A stretch of 50,367 nucleotides of DNA from Schmidtea nova (lineage: Eukaryota). Shown one piece after another: positions 10,693-21,768 of the stretch (position 1 is its first letter; each line of letters opens with the position of its first letter). Both the position numbers and the translations under genes were made by a program. The notes beneath the pieces are model-generated. The model saw only the letters and a list, made by a program, of their open reading frames with translations, was not told the DNA's origin and ran no database searches. The stretch is from contig CM097883.1 of the NCBI GenBank assembly GCA_044892505.1, forward strand, positions 391,468,234 through 391,518,600, given 5' to 3'.

Positions 10693-13600
10693 CTTGGACA
10701 TCCCTATCACCTACAAATATAGTGGTGTCACCCCCCATATAATGACCATACGCCAAACTTTTATTTTTTTCCACCCAGTTCCTCTTATCGTCCCTACAAG
10801 ATAAAGCCCTCTTATTACTTTTAATACTGAAAAGTTGGTGGTTTTTCGAAGTAATGCGGAACTGGGGGACATTGTATATCTTATCATTAAGGTAACAGTC
10901 AAGATAAGATTGATGTGTGAGACCTGCATCTTTCAAACAGATCCCCTTGGCTTTCATGCAGGCCTCGTCTCCCATAAGACTATAGCACTTAGGTCTCAAG
11001 AAAACCCACTCATCATACAGTAGACCCTTATTCTCATCCTTAAATTTGCCAATCACAGAATCTAGGGTCCTACTATACAATGTATGACGAGTGTCGTAAT
11101 TAGAGGTATCCAAAAGCCTATCTCGAATCATGGCGGTCAAAAGGGTGTTAAGATCAAGATGTTTGATTTCCAAGAAGAAGGAATCAGTATCCCCAGCAAC
11201 GATGTTAATTTCGCAGTTGAAGTCGTTACGATATTTTTGTAACTCTTCATACTGCAGCTGGTACATACGAAGTTTGGATAAATCCAGTACGGTTTGTCCA
11301 ATGTAGCTGGGTCTATCCAAACATACTGATTCCTTCTGAAGCAATACGGAGATGAGATCATTGTCGATTTTTGTAGTTTTTTTGAAATTAGCTTTTGACG
11401 TGTAAGTCAGCAGTTTTTGTGCCGAGTTACACAGTCGTAAATTTATGCGTTTTTTTAAGTTCTCTACGGTTTTGCCGTAGAGACTATTATTTAATAATTT
11501 GTAAAAATTTTTATCGAGCTTGTTGGTAGCAGCCGCTCGTAAACTGGTGTTTATGTTTATGTAATTAAAAAATATTTTTTCTTGCTTAAATTTAATAGCC
11601 CTGTGGACTTTAGTTACAATTACACCGATTTTTATAAATAGTTGCAGAAGCCGCCAATGAAGAACATAATTCTTCTTTGGAAGATGCGTTAGCAACAGCT
11701 TCTCAACCTTGGATCCCGGTGCACACATCTTTTCAGCGGCAACTGGAAGATCATCCAGTTTGTCGTGAATCGATGCCGGAATTTCCAAATCCACTTCTAT
11801 GGTGTAACCATAATGAAGTGTATCGAGATTTCCCGATGTGCACTCACAAACGATTTGATTTAATAATTGGTCATCAGTGACCCACTCAAAATTACCACAA
11901 GGAAGGGGTTGGCTTAAGGCCCACCCGTATAAATTATTTATGTCAATATATAGTAATGCGGTATCCGGGCTCGTCTTGACATAATGTTTATTGACAAACG
12001 TTAGTCCGCCGCGAATACCGCCCTCGAAAAAGTTATACATCTCCATATCGGTGAGGAGCTCGATAGGAGAGTCAAGTGTTAATAAAGCGGAACTCCACGA
12101 CATGCCGGGAATTCCGAGAAAATTTAAAGGCTCAAGCCTGTTATGGTTAATTGATTTTAATCGAAATTGCTGAAAATAATCAGCTAACAAAAACACATCC
12201 AATTTTAAATAAACCATCATGTAATCGTACAGTGATGTACATGATGTTTCTTGCCAGATTTTATGGGCAGCAGCATACTCGACAGCAGTTATATCTTTCC
12301 ATTTCGGGGGTAAACACAAGGTTGATTTTAAAACTTCTAAAGAAGTGGCAGCGTCGTAAGGAAAAATGCCCTTGGCAGTGACTATAGTGCCTCGAAATTC
12401 AGATTGTGTTAATGGTAAGCTAGTGAGTGTTTTTACTTCGTTATTTAGAGACTCACTTACAAACTGATAAGAGTCAATAAATTTTACGGTCAGGCTATCG
12501 ATGTACGCGAAAAGGCTAAGAAACTTTTCACTTGTCAAGGGTATACAACTAATATTCCAACTGTTGTATTTTGAAAGACCATATTTTAAAATATGGTGTA
12601 AATCGTAACCCTTCAAGTTATGAAAGATTACGGGCAAAGAGTGTCGTATTTGCCGTGACTTGTTACACTCTGAGCAGGCTGCTCCAATATAAAGACCGGT
12701 GAAATGGTCGTGATCCCTAACAGGTGCCACTAAAAGTTTTTTGCATAAATAACAATTAGTGCTATTATCAAATTGTCGCTGTTGGGTCGCAGTGATAGTC
12801 ATGCGTTTTTGATAATTTTTATAGTAATAGGGTGTCACTATATACCGACTGATTGACTCAATTTCTCTTAAGAATTGATCAACACAGTCTAACCCTACAA
12901 AAGATTTGTAAATTCTCACCCCAGAAAAGTTGTTAATGAGAAGGAGACCTGCGGCAATAGGAAGATGTTTTTGGTGGTGAACAGTGTCTTTCGGTAATAT
13001 TGCCTCGAAATCCGCATATATTACAAAAGGAGGAGTTACTGTTTTTTTCCAATCAGTAAACTCCAAAAATTTATTTTTGGGTAATGTGTACAGTGTGGTA
13101 CCCAACTGATTTTTGTTACAAAGACCCTTATGACGATTAAAGGCTTCGTCGTTCCTAAACCCATTCAAGCAACGAGGGCACCATTGACTACAAATCCTAA
13201 CTGGGGTGATTGTGCTGTTTCGGCAATTCAAAAAGCGATTCAGATCGGTAATCGCAAGATAATGAAAATTATCTTTTTTCTCCAAGAGAAGCAAATTTAT
13301 GGGAATAGCCCCGACTACTTTACTACGGTAGACTATATCGATAAAGGGGTGTTTAAGGACGACATTATCATCATTGTCGTTGTCGCTTATATCAATTTGG
13401 GCCTTTTCGTCATATGTAAGGACATTTATACTATAGCCACTGTTTTGTCTTTCAAATTTTTTAATATTTACTAATTTCATGGGCATGTCGTTGGGGTCAA
13501 AAACAAGTTGGGAAATGTCATAAGAAGTAGTCCTATGCCTGTATTGGCGTTCAATACTATTGTATTTAACTACTGCTAAAAAGCTATATAAAAAGCAATA

Positions 13601-14221
13601 GGTGTCATTATTTTGTACATTAACTAAACAACTTAAATTTTTTAAGGTATTCGGCGTTTCGATATAACTGCTGCCGCTCAATCGACTAATTTCAGAAAAT
13701 TTAGTCACTAAAAAACTAATATATTCGATTTTGGAGATTGTCCAATTACTCCCCTTTTCGTTAATCTGGACAATCTTCTCATTTAAATTAGTGACACCTT
13801 CCTCAATAAAGGTATCACTCCACTCTCTGGCAGAATTTGAGATGACGAAAGATTGTAGTTGATCATCTTTCTCAAATTCTACCTTGAGACAAAATTGAAT
13901 TTTTACAGATTTTAAATTAATAATATAAGATTTTAGTTTTTCTAATAATATATCCGGCACAGAGACCGTTTTTAATAATAAATTAGATACATCCATTTTT
14001 ATAATAAAATGGGTATCGTTCAAGTCGGAAGTAACTTCAACAATACCCATTCCAATTTGATTATTATTATTATTTAAAATATTAACATAATCGTCAAATT
14101 CATCATCATTGACGATTATGTCATCGGCGGATATAATACTGATATTAGTACTTTTATTATAAATAAGATCATCCTCATCATCACTGATGAGGGATATAAT
14201 ATTATTATTATTATTATTAAT

Positions 14222-14284
<63 letters not shown>

Positions 14285-14823
14285 ATTTTCATCTTCATCA
14301 TCGCTGATGTCGATTATTATAATTTTTTTAGGAACTGAATCCATTAATGTTTGGTTTTTTCTTTTATTTATATTTGATGTATTGATTTTATTTGTATTTT
14401 GTATATTATTTGTTTTAATAGTATTTTGTAATTTATTTGTATCAATAGTATTTTGTAATTTATTTGTATCAATAGTATTTTGTAAATTATTTGTATTAAT
14501 AGTATTTGTTGTATTATTATTATTATTTGTATTTATATTATTTGTTGTTTTATTTCTAATAGGAGTATTTGATAAATTATTAGTTTTATTCGAAATATAA
14601 TTTTTATATAACGAATTAAAAAGTGATTTTTTAGATGGTTGGTATTGGGAAAGGTGTGACCTATGAAAGATATAAAATTCCCTATAAGAAGTAGTTTCAA
14701 TAATTTTACATTTAGGGCATAGGAGGTGGGTGACACCATTATATTTATATGAATAATACTTTTCCATAATGACATGACAGTCACTATGGAAAGTATTATT
14801 GCAAAAATTTTGGTATATTGAGC
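10595..14823 (-). CDS. polB: Protein-primed family B DNA polymerase (pPolB), main exon; ATG-only ORF 10595-14767, 1390 aa
   Basis: Exo I YADFE, Exo II FHNLKGYD, Exo III YLKLD, Pol A YIDINNLYG, Pol B KLLNNSLYGK, Pol C GDTDS, and KAKG. Also an EndoVII-like RDHDHFTG..CSECN insert and an OTU-like DTYCF...HY region. The frame stays open upstream to a CAG acceptor at 14826-14824. Confidence 0.97.
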
Positions 14824-15870
14824 CTGAATATTGAAAAAAAAAATTAAAATCAAAGGCTACAATTATAAAATTAAAATATTATGAGTAAAAATTAAAATAT
14901 TATTAGTAAAAATAAATATTTCAAATAAGAGATTATTACCTATTAAGTTAATGATTAATATATTTTTATAACAAAAAAAAAATTAATATTTTGATAAATA
15001 TTTAAAATAATAGTTAATTGTTAAAAAATAAACATTTACCTATTATTTTAAATATAATCAAAAGTTTTATATATATATATTATTTTTAAAACCTAATCAT
15101 AAAAAATAATATTATTTTTATATCATTATAAAATCATCATTAAAATATTAAAAATTGTTCATCAATATAATATATTCTTCATAAAAAATTTCAGCATAAT
15201 AATATCATCTTCGTCATAAAAAAAAATTGAGCGTAATAATATCATCTTCATCATAATAAAAAAAAATTGAACATCATCATATCATCTTCTTCATAATAAA
15301 AAAATTGAACATCATCATATAATCGTTTTTTTTTTTTTGTCATAAAAAATTTCAACTACATATTTTTTATTCATAAAAATAATTTTATATATATATTAAA
15401 AATAATAAAAAAATATTAGCATAAATATATAAAAAATAATATTATTAATTTCATATAAATTCAACATTATTTCATCATAAAAAATTTGAGCATTATTATA
15501 TCATCTTCATCAAAAGAAAAAATTGAACATCTTCATATAATATTTTTTTTTATCATAAAAATTTTAACATTATATTTTTTTCTTCATAAAAAAATTTATC
15601 TTTTTCTTCATAATAAACATTTCTTTTCATTTCAAATTCATAATATCATAATTTTTTTCTTCATAATAAAAATATATCTTTTTTATTTTCATTTCAAATT
15701 CATAATATCATATTTTTTTTTCTTCATAATAAACATTTATTTTCTTCATAAAAATAATTTTATCATAAAAAATTAATTAATTTATTTAAAAATATTCCCA
15801 TAGGAATTAATTAAAAATAATAAAAATATTATTATTATTATCATATACAAAAATAAAAATAAAAAATTAC

Positions 15871-16257
15871 ATTTGCCAGAGTTTTTTCCAATAAAACTCT
15901 GCATATTGGACCATCCGTTATAAGCATCATTAATCGGGACATCGTTACTCGGCATATTGGTACTCGAGACATCGAAATTCAGGACATCATTATCATCACC
16001 ATCATCATTAATCGAGGCATCTATATCAACAACATTTCCTAAAAAATTGAATAATAAAGAAAATAATAATTTAATAATATTAATTTTACTATTTAATCTG
16101 TTTTGATTTTGGATTCTTAACGATGTTCCTACCATATTGTTGGATAAATTAACACCTAGAAATAATATATTATAAATATAATAAAATAAAAATTAATAAT
16201 TTTACTTTTTAGACCTCCGGCGATCCTTGTTGGTAAATTAATATTTAAATTTTGCAT
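15871..16257 (-). CDS. Three upstream coding exons (16257-16206, 16155-16090, 16038-15871), probably the 5' exons of polB
   Basis: GT-AG introns of 50 nt (16205-16156) and 51 nt (16089-16039), all phase 1. A donor at 15870 is phase-compatible with the polB acceptor (T+GC = Cys), giving a 4515-nt frame (1504 aa + stop). Confidence 0.6.
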
Positions 16258-16325
16258 AATTGCTTTAGAAATTGATTAGAAATTTGTTATAAAATTTGAA
16301 AGTAAAAAGTGACGAAATAATTCAA

Positions 16326-16476
16326 GTATATACTATATAAAGGTGAATTTTATTAACCGACCAATCAGAATCGAGATAGGATAGGTAAATACATGCACAC
16401 ACATACTGCACACATAATATACCTTTGTTTATGTGTGTTTGACGTCACGATATTGCTTTGTATCGTGACAAAGACA
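16326..16476 (-). promoter_or_regulatory. Putative polB promoter: TATA-like, CCAAT, CRE and ACAAAGACA elements
   Basis: TATATAG at ~16339-16333, CCAAT at 16361-16365, TGACGTCA at 16440-16447 and ACAAAGACA at 16468-16476, all upstream of the ATG at 16257. Confidence 0.5.
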
Positions 16477-16615
16477 TGACATGTGATTATCACGCATTGA
16501 TCACGCACTGGTCATGCCTTTGTGATGAAAATAATAATATTTATAATTAATAATAATAAAAATAATAATTAATAAAAATAATAATAAAAATAATAATAAA
16601 AATAATAAAATACAT

Positions 16616-17017
16616 TTATTGCTTTAAATAATCAACAACAGCAGACAAGCACCCTTTATAGGCACACATGCAATGATCTTTATAGGGACATGAAATGTTT
16701 TCAGGAACATATTCAACATCTTTAAAATTATATTTAATTAATCTTAATTTGGGGAAATACTTCTTCAAAACATACATCTTTTCATGATCTGTTACATAGA
16801 AAATAGCTCCTTTATCTGTAATATCATCCATTATACATTTTGGGCAAAAATAATCTTGTCCTTCAAACGATTCTATACGATCAGGCCATAAAGATAAATC
16901 ACTGTATATATAATACTGAGGTGTGAATATATTATTGACATTCATAATACATAATTCCTTAATTGTTGTTCCACCCATTTCATTATATCCATAAAAATCA
17001 ATAAAATAACAAGACAT
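16616..17017 (-). CDS. Small conserved Polinton accessory protein (133 aa), possibly DnaQ/DEDD nuclease-like fold
   Basis: N-terminal IDFYGY...IKELCI, central FYV..HEK..LK and C-terminal CP..H..CA resemble a recurrent Maverick protein family as I recall it. The fold assignment is tentative. Confidence 0.55.
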   Translation of the reverse strand: MSCYFIDFYGYNEMGGTTIKELCIMNVNNIFTPQYYIYSDLSLWPDRIESFEGQDYFCPKCIMDDITDKGAIFYVTDHEKMYVLKKYFPKLRLIKYNFKDVEYVPENISCPYKDHCMCAYKGCLSAVVDYLKQ

Positions 17018-17049
17018 TTTTTCAAATAAAGTTTATTAAAATAAATTGT

Positions 17050-17427
17050 TTATAACATTGATTTCAACCATGCAAGGCAATGTTCACCACAAGTGATTGT
17101 TAAAGGATGCTGATACCGAATTCTATTATACACAATAGGTTTACCGATAGTTTGTAGTTTTCGAACAAGTAAATTCGGATAATAATATCCAAATGGATCA
17201 AATACATGTATTCGATCTGGTTTCACATAAACTGCAATCCAATGTTCACCACCCAATGTAGATGTCTGAGTATTTACAATGATGGCTTGATTCATTTTCA
17301 AATAAGGTATTTTATCGAGAGGAAATACTCCAATAAATTGATTTCCCAATAGTTTTTTACCTTGTTGTAATACCTGAAAAGAACTAATTAAAAATAAATA
17401 ACTAATCAATTAAAAATCTTACTCCAT
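17050..17427 (-). CDS. Adenain-like (family C5) maturation cysteine protease, 2 exons (17427-17423, 17383-17050), 112 aa
   Basis: GEHW, FDPFG and Q..TITCGEHC supply His, Asp, Gln and Cys. A 39-nt GTAAGA..TAATTAG intron yields the N-terminus MDSFQVL..FIGVFP. A TATAAA lies at 17465-17460. Confidence 0.9.
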
Positions 17428-17467
17428 AATAATAATAATAAAAATAATAACTTTGATCATTTATACT

Positions 17468-17538
17468 GTTTGAGCTCTGCTCAAACCAGTAATGTTTAAG
17501 CTTTGCTCAAACTAGTAATGTTTGAGCTCTGCTCAAAC
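17468..17538. repeat. Three 26-bp-spaced copies of a 19-bp palindrome GTTTGAGC-TCT-GCTCAAAC between MCP and protease
   Basis: Copies at 17468-17486, 17494-17512 (variant) and 17520-17538. The last overlaps the MCP stop codon. Confidence 0.9.
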
Positions 17539-18753
17539 CAGTATTGTTCGATTGGCAGTAATTTGAACTTCATTTTCAAAAACTCCATAAATAACTACAT
17601 GAACCGGTTCATCAATAGGTTTTGCAAACTTTATATCCAGTCGTAAATTTCCGTTTTGAGGGATTTGGCTTTGATTCAAATCAAAATCGGGAGCCAGAAC
17701 AAATGTAAAGAATGGATAACTAGATTTAAATTCATCTAGACCAATACCACAATTCAAGTTTTTATCCAAATAACCTAGATTTCGGACAAGACTTTGCATA
17801 TATGATGCACTAAAATTATCATTTTCAAAATCCTGGGTATATGTTTCACGATAATCGGTATTTTTCGACAATGTTAATGAAGTCACATTAAAGTGTTTGA
17901 ATGTAGATGTTGACTCAGTATAAGACCCATTATATTGATTTTCGGATTGAAAAGCCACAAGAATGAAATTAGGCATTCGTCTATCTCCAAATATTTGCTC
18001 CTTGTAAAATGACGATGCCCCTTTACCGATAGCAAACGATACGATTTCTTTGGATTTTAATGGATAAATTGCATGTTTTTTATTTAAACCAATTTGATGA
18101 CCGGCCAATACTGAAGAATCACATCGAACTCTTCTTACCATTAATTTTGCATCAACTATTTGGATAACTGGTTTTCCAGCTACCGATTTCAATGATAATG
18201 CAGAATCAGATCGCTTCAATCTAATATGTACATTAACTCCGGGAAGTAAGTATTTAGGTTGATCCATAAAATCCAGTTGTAATGACGAACACATGTTGAA
18301 AAGTTTAGATCCTTTAATCCATTTTTTTCGATCGTCAGCTGAACCATATCCCATTGGAGTAAGACATGTTTCTTTAGCATCATTCGTATAATTTAAAATA
18401 GTTTCGATTATTGCCTTGTGTGCATATGTATTGTTTCCACCCTCGATTTTTATATTATTAAATCCGAGAATTACATCTTTGAAAAGTGTATGAAACAGGT
18501 AATTATTAGGAACTACATCACTCGCATCGGCTAGAGCTTTTTTATCTTTATCTACAACTTTGATTGTAACGGACAATAATGTATCGTTCAAATCCAAATA
18601 TTCGGTTTGAGAACCATTAATGTAAAATTCAACATCATTTCTACTATCTGTAATTGAATTCATTGGAAACACATCTTCAAACGCCCCATATTCAATAACT
18701 GCTTGAGGTGATGGTCGATCAAAAAGACATAATTCAGATTTACCGCAAATCAT
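17533..18753 (-). CDS. Major capsid protein (double jelly-roll, Polinton PY), 406 aa
   Basis: CGKSELCLF..P..IE, VEFYI.G..EYLDL..T.L, LDFMDQPKYLLPGV and GNLRLDIKF are typical Polinton MCP motifs. Confidence 0.93.
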   Translation of the reverse strand: MICGKSELCLFDRPSPQAVIEYGAFEDVFPMNSITDSRNDVEFYINGSQTEYLDLNDTLLSVTIKVVDKDKKALADASDVVPNNYLFHTLFKDVILGFNNIKIEGGNNTYAHKAIIETILNYTNDAKETCLTPMGYGSADDRKKWIKGSKLFNMCSSLQLDFMDQPKYLLPGVNVHIRLKRSDSALSLKSVAGKPVIQIVDAKLMVRRVRCDSSVLAGHQIGLNKKHAIYPLKSKEIVSFAIGKGASSFYKEQIFGDRRMPNFILVAFQSENQYNGSYTESTSTFKHFNVTSLTLSKNTDYRETYTQDFENDNFSASYMQSLVRNLGYLDKNLNCGIGLDEFKSSYPFFTFVLAPDFDLNQSQIPQNGNLRLDIKFAKPIDEPVHVVIYGVFENEVQITANRTILV

Positions 18754-19133
18754 TCTTCAAATATAGTTCCATGACCTTTCATTCGTTTGTTTATACGCTT
18801 TCGTTTACGTCTTGGTCCTACCGGTACAGATTCCGGTTCCTTATTTTTTGTAAACATACTTGTAATTGTAGGAAGCATTTGTGTTACAGCAGGTATAGCT
18901 TTATTAACTGCGGCCAAAGCATTGGTTTTCAATGACGGTAATATTTTATTATCTTTCATGATAACGTCCTTGGCAGTATTCATTCCGAAATTACCTAGTC
19001 GTCTAAGAATTGGAAGTGCAAATCTCCCAATAGTTTTCAACCAACCTGATCCATACTGTTTACCGACAAAATACGGTAATTCGCCACCAGTTTGGCTATC
19101 ACTGTACATTGAAACTATATCGGGATTACTCAT
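18750..19133 (-). CDS. Putative virion core/membrane-lytic precursor protein, 127 aa
   Basis: QTGG and QYGSG glycine motifs, then an amphipathic WLKTIGRFALPILRRLG helix and a basic RRKRKR tail. Lies between mCP and MCP with overlapping start/stop codons. Confidence 0.7.
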   Translation of the reverse strand: MSNPDIVSMYSDSQTGGELPYFVGKQYGSGWLKTIGRFALPILRRLGNFGMNTAKDVIMKDNKILPSLKTNALAAVNKAIPAVTQMLPTITSMFTKNKEPESVPVGPRRKRKRINKRMKGHGTIFEE

Positions 19134-20169
19134 CGTTTTTTCGAAAATGTAGAGTTAAGTGAGTTTTTGAATCTTTTGGAAATTTTATAAATCTTCCACT
19201 GTCATCCCGGATATTTATTTCTATATTGTTTATACAGGATGTTGAAACAGGTAAATACATTGGATTTTCAACTTGTATTTGAACAATTTCATCTGGCTCG
19301 TATTTTTCAATCCATATAGATTTTAGTAAAGGAACCAAGGAATCACCAACAATAATGGGTTCGATAATGTTTGTATATACGAATAATTGCTGATGAAGTT
19401 TAGATATTTTCGGTTGACGAACACCAGAAATAATATTTTTATCGGTAAATGTATCCTTATCTAATCCCAATGTATTGACCAAGTATTTATCAAATCTGAC
19501 TTTATTGATTTTTTCTTTGAGTTTGAATTTAAACAATTTATTTAATTCGACAACTGTAAAAATATCCGAACAATTATCGCTAATATATTTCTGTAATTCA
19601 TCTAGATGCGTTATATACAACTCCTCCTTGAAGGTGAATACATGTCCTTCTTGACGATCATACGATATTTTAAAAGTAATTATTTCTTCATCGTTACTGG
19701 CCAAGTTTTGCATAACTTTGAATTCACATTCTTCTTCATTACATATCATTGTCAGTTTATTACTTCCCATTCGTTTTGCTACATCAAGATCGTTAAATGT
19801 AATTGTATACGGAACAACATTACACGTGAGAATTATTCTTCCACTTCGTTGCCACATTTCGATATCCGGATCAATTGTGTGAGTTGGAACATTCAGAAGG
19901 CCACTATTATTATATATCGAGAAAAATGCATTTGCAACAGTTGTTTTCGTAATATAGTAATATATTTTACAATAACTATAATATGGAAAAGGATGGTAAA
20001 CAAATGTAAAATCCATTAGAGCAACTTCCCAATTTCCGTTTAAATAAATAGGATTAGGTAAATTCACCATGAATTTACTTGCGGTATTATCTGGATGGAT
20101 ATTCGGACAACTATTACTCGGTAAAATAGTGTAAAAATTCACTTTACTAGATTTTTTGACGAGATCCAT
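19126..20169 (-). CDS. Minor capsid protein (penton, Polinton PX), 347 aa
   Basis: FYTILPSNS..PDNT..F.V.LP.PI.L.G.WEVAL and LFVYTNIIEP..VGD..VPLL..Y.PV..IEINIRD. Confidence 0.92.
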   Translation of the reverse strand: MDLVKKSSKVNFYTILPSNSCPNIHPDNTASKFMVNLPNPIYLNGNWEVALMDFTFVYHPFPYYSYCKIYYYITKTTVANAFFSIYNNSGLLNVPTHTIDPDIEMWQRSGRIILTCNVVPYTITFNDLDVAKRMGSNKLTMICNEEECEFKVMQNLASNDEEIITFKISYDRQEGHVFTFKEELYITHLDELQKYISDNCSDIFTVVELNKLFKFKLKEKINKVRFDKYLVNTLGLDKDTFTDKNIISGVRQPKISKLHQQLFVYTNIIEPIIVGDSLVPLLKSIWIEKYEPDEIVQIQVENPMYLPVSTSCINNIEINIRDDSGRFIKFPKDSKTHLTLHFRKNDE

Positions 20170-21183
20170 GATGGTTCTTTATATCCATGCCATTTGACAT
20201 AGTATTGTTTATCCTTACCCACCATTTTAGTCTTCAAAATCTTTTGAATTCTAAATATCGTAGGTTTAGGAATAACTTGTAATTCTTGTTCGTAGAATTT
20301 GCCGCTGATTATATTGTTATCAGAGTCACGAATAGTATACATGACAGGATTCTGCACTGTGTTGACTTTCGATATTTGATATACCTCATCACTCCAATTA
20401 TTATCAAAATTTTTAACGAATGGCGATGTACTAATCTTGCTAATTCGAACATGATCATCAACTTTATATTTTGGTTTCTTTACTTTCACTTCACTCACAA
20501 TATTTTCAGTATCAACTACTTCTGCCGGTTTCCTACCATTTATACCCCGATGAGCACTATGATTATAACTATGAATCAATTGAGGTAAGACATTAATCCA
20601 GGTTTTATTGCCTTTAAAAACAAAGTATTTTTTCAATCGATCACGCAAAGTTCGATTAAGTCTCTCGACATGAGCGGCTTTGAATTGTGAGAATACCGAA
20701 TAATGATTTATTCCCTTGATAACTTCCTTGACTTTACTGTTGTAAAACTCCTTTCCTAAAAAATATTAAATTTATAAATTTAAATTAAAATTTACCCAAA
20801 TCGGTTTGTAAATTAGTTGGCCGATCCTTTTTCATCATTGTCTTGATAGCAATTGCCATATCATTAGCAGATTTTGATTTTACTCCAATTGCTCGAGCAA
20901 ATCTACTGTAAACATCAATACACGTTAAAATATACTTGTACCCCTTGTTAATTTTGGAATACGGAATCATTTCCATCAAGTCCATTTGCCACAAATCATT
21001 GATTCTATATGTTTTATATGCTCGAGTTGGAAACCGTTTCAACATCGGCTTGTTTAGACTGTATGCAAGTTGCCCCGATAACCAACTTTGTGTCTGTTGT
21101 TTCGACTTCTGTGCTTTTTTCCTTAGCTTTTCGACTCCACCGAAACCGGCGTCGTCTTTTGGGTTCGTCCAGATCTTCTCCAT
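20139..21183 (-). CDS. int: Retroviral-type (rve) DDE integrase with C-terminal chromodomain, 2 exons (21183-20796, 20755-20139), 334 aa
   Basis: WQMDL, QTDLG|KEF and VERLNRT form D-D-E once the 40-nt GT-AG intron 20795-20756 is removed. Total 1005 nt in frame. YYVKWHGY..SW chromodomain. Confidence 0.95.
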
Positions 21184-21238
21184 TACAACAAGAAGATTTA
21201 AAGTTTAAATTTAAATTAGGTAATGATTGACCCATTGT

Positions 21239-21748
21239 TTATGACTTTCTTTTTCCCAATAAACCAGCACCTCCCAATAAAGATAATGCTAATGGTAACA
21301 ATGCTGCGATAAAACCACCTTGTTGTTTATATATTACTTTGCGCATAAGTTTTTTATTTTTTGAGTTTACTAGCGACAACAATGGTTTTTTATGTTTGTT
21401 CAAAACACGGCGATTAGATGGAGTTAGATTTATTTTACCTCGCACGACTTTAATTAAAATAGAGAGTAAATCATCGATGACGTAACTAGGAAACGATTGA
21501 AGAATACCCATTCTTCTAACGGAAGGGGCTTTAAGTAATGCATTAAAAAACGGTAAACTACGATGATGTGTTTGTTTAGCATTAGATTTCAAATTATTTT
21601 TGGGAATATTATCCATAAGTATTTTCTTGGATTTCTTTCTTGATTTCTTTATAGATTTCTTTGTAAATAGTTTCTTTGTTTTCTTTCCCGCTTTCTTTGT
21701 TCTAGCCTTTATCAATGGCTCAAACTTTACTCGAGATTTCATTAACAT
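21239..21748 (-). CDS. Putative basic DNA-binding core protein precursor, 169 aa
   Basis: Lys/Arg-rich N-terminus. C-terminal QQGG-FIAALLPLALSLLGG hydrophobic segment with protease-site-like GG motifs. Confidence 0.7.
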   Translation of the reverse strand: MLMKSRVKFEPLIKARTKKAGKKTKKLFTKKSIKKSRKKSKKILMDNIPKNNLKSNAKQTHHRSLPFFNALLKAPSVRRMGILQSFPSYVIDDLLSILIKVVRGKINLTPSNRRVLNKHKKPLLSLVNSKNKKLMRKVIYKQQGGFIAALLPLALSLLGGAGLLGKRKS

Positions 21749-21768
21749 GATTACGATTGCAAACAGAA

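Noticed and set aside
10711-14853. ORFs overlapping or antisense to polB (for example 13130-13474, 14187-14600, 14116-14301, 14533-14853), and similar shadows of hAT, mCP and integrase
   Set aside because: They are alternative-frame shadows of real genes or of AAT/CAA microsatellite codon runs.
15000-15800. Additional polB exons or the 96-aa ORF 15486-15776 within the AT-rich region
   Set aside because: Extremely low complexity (Ile/Phe/Lys), with no phase-consistent open exon found. Treated as intron.
20139-21183. Integrase apparently split into two ORFs (pseudogene)
   Set aside because: A canonical 40-nt intron restores a continuous DDE integrase.
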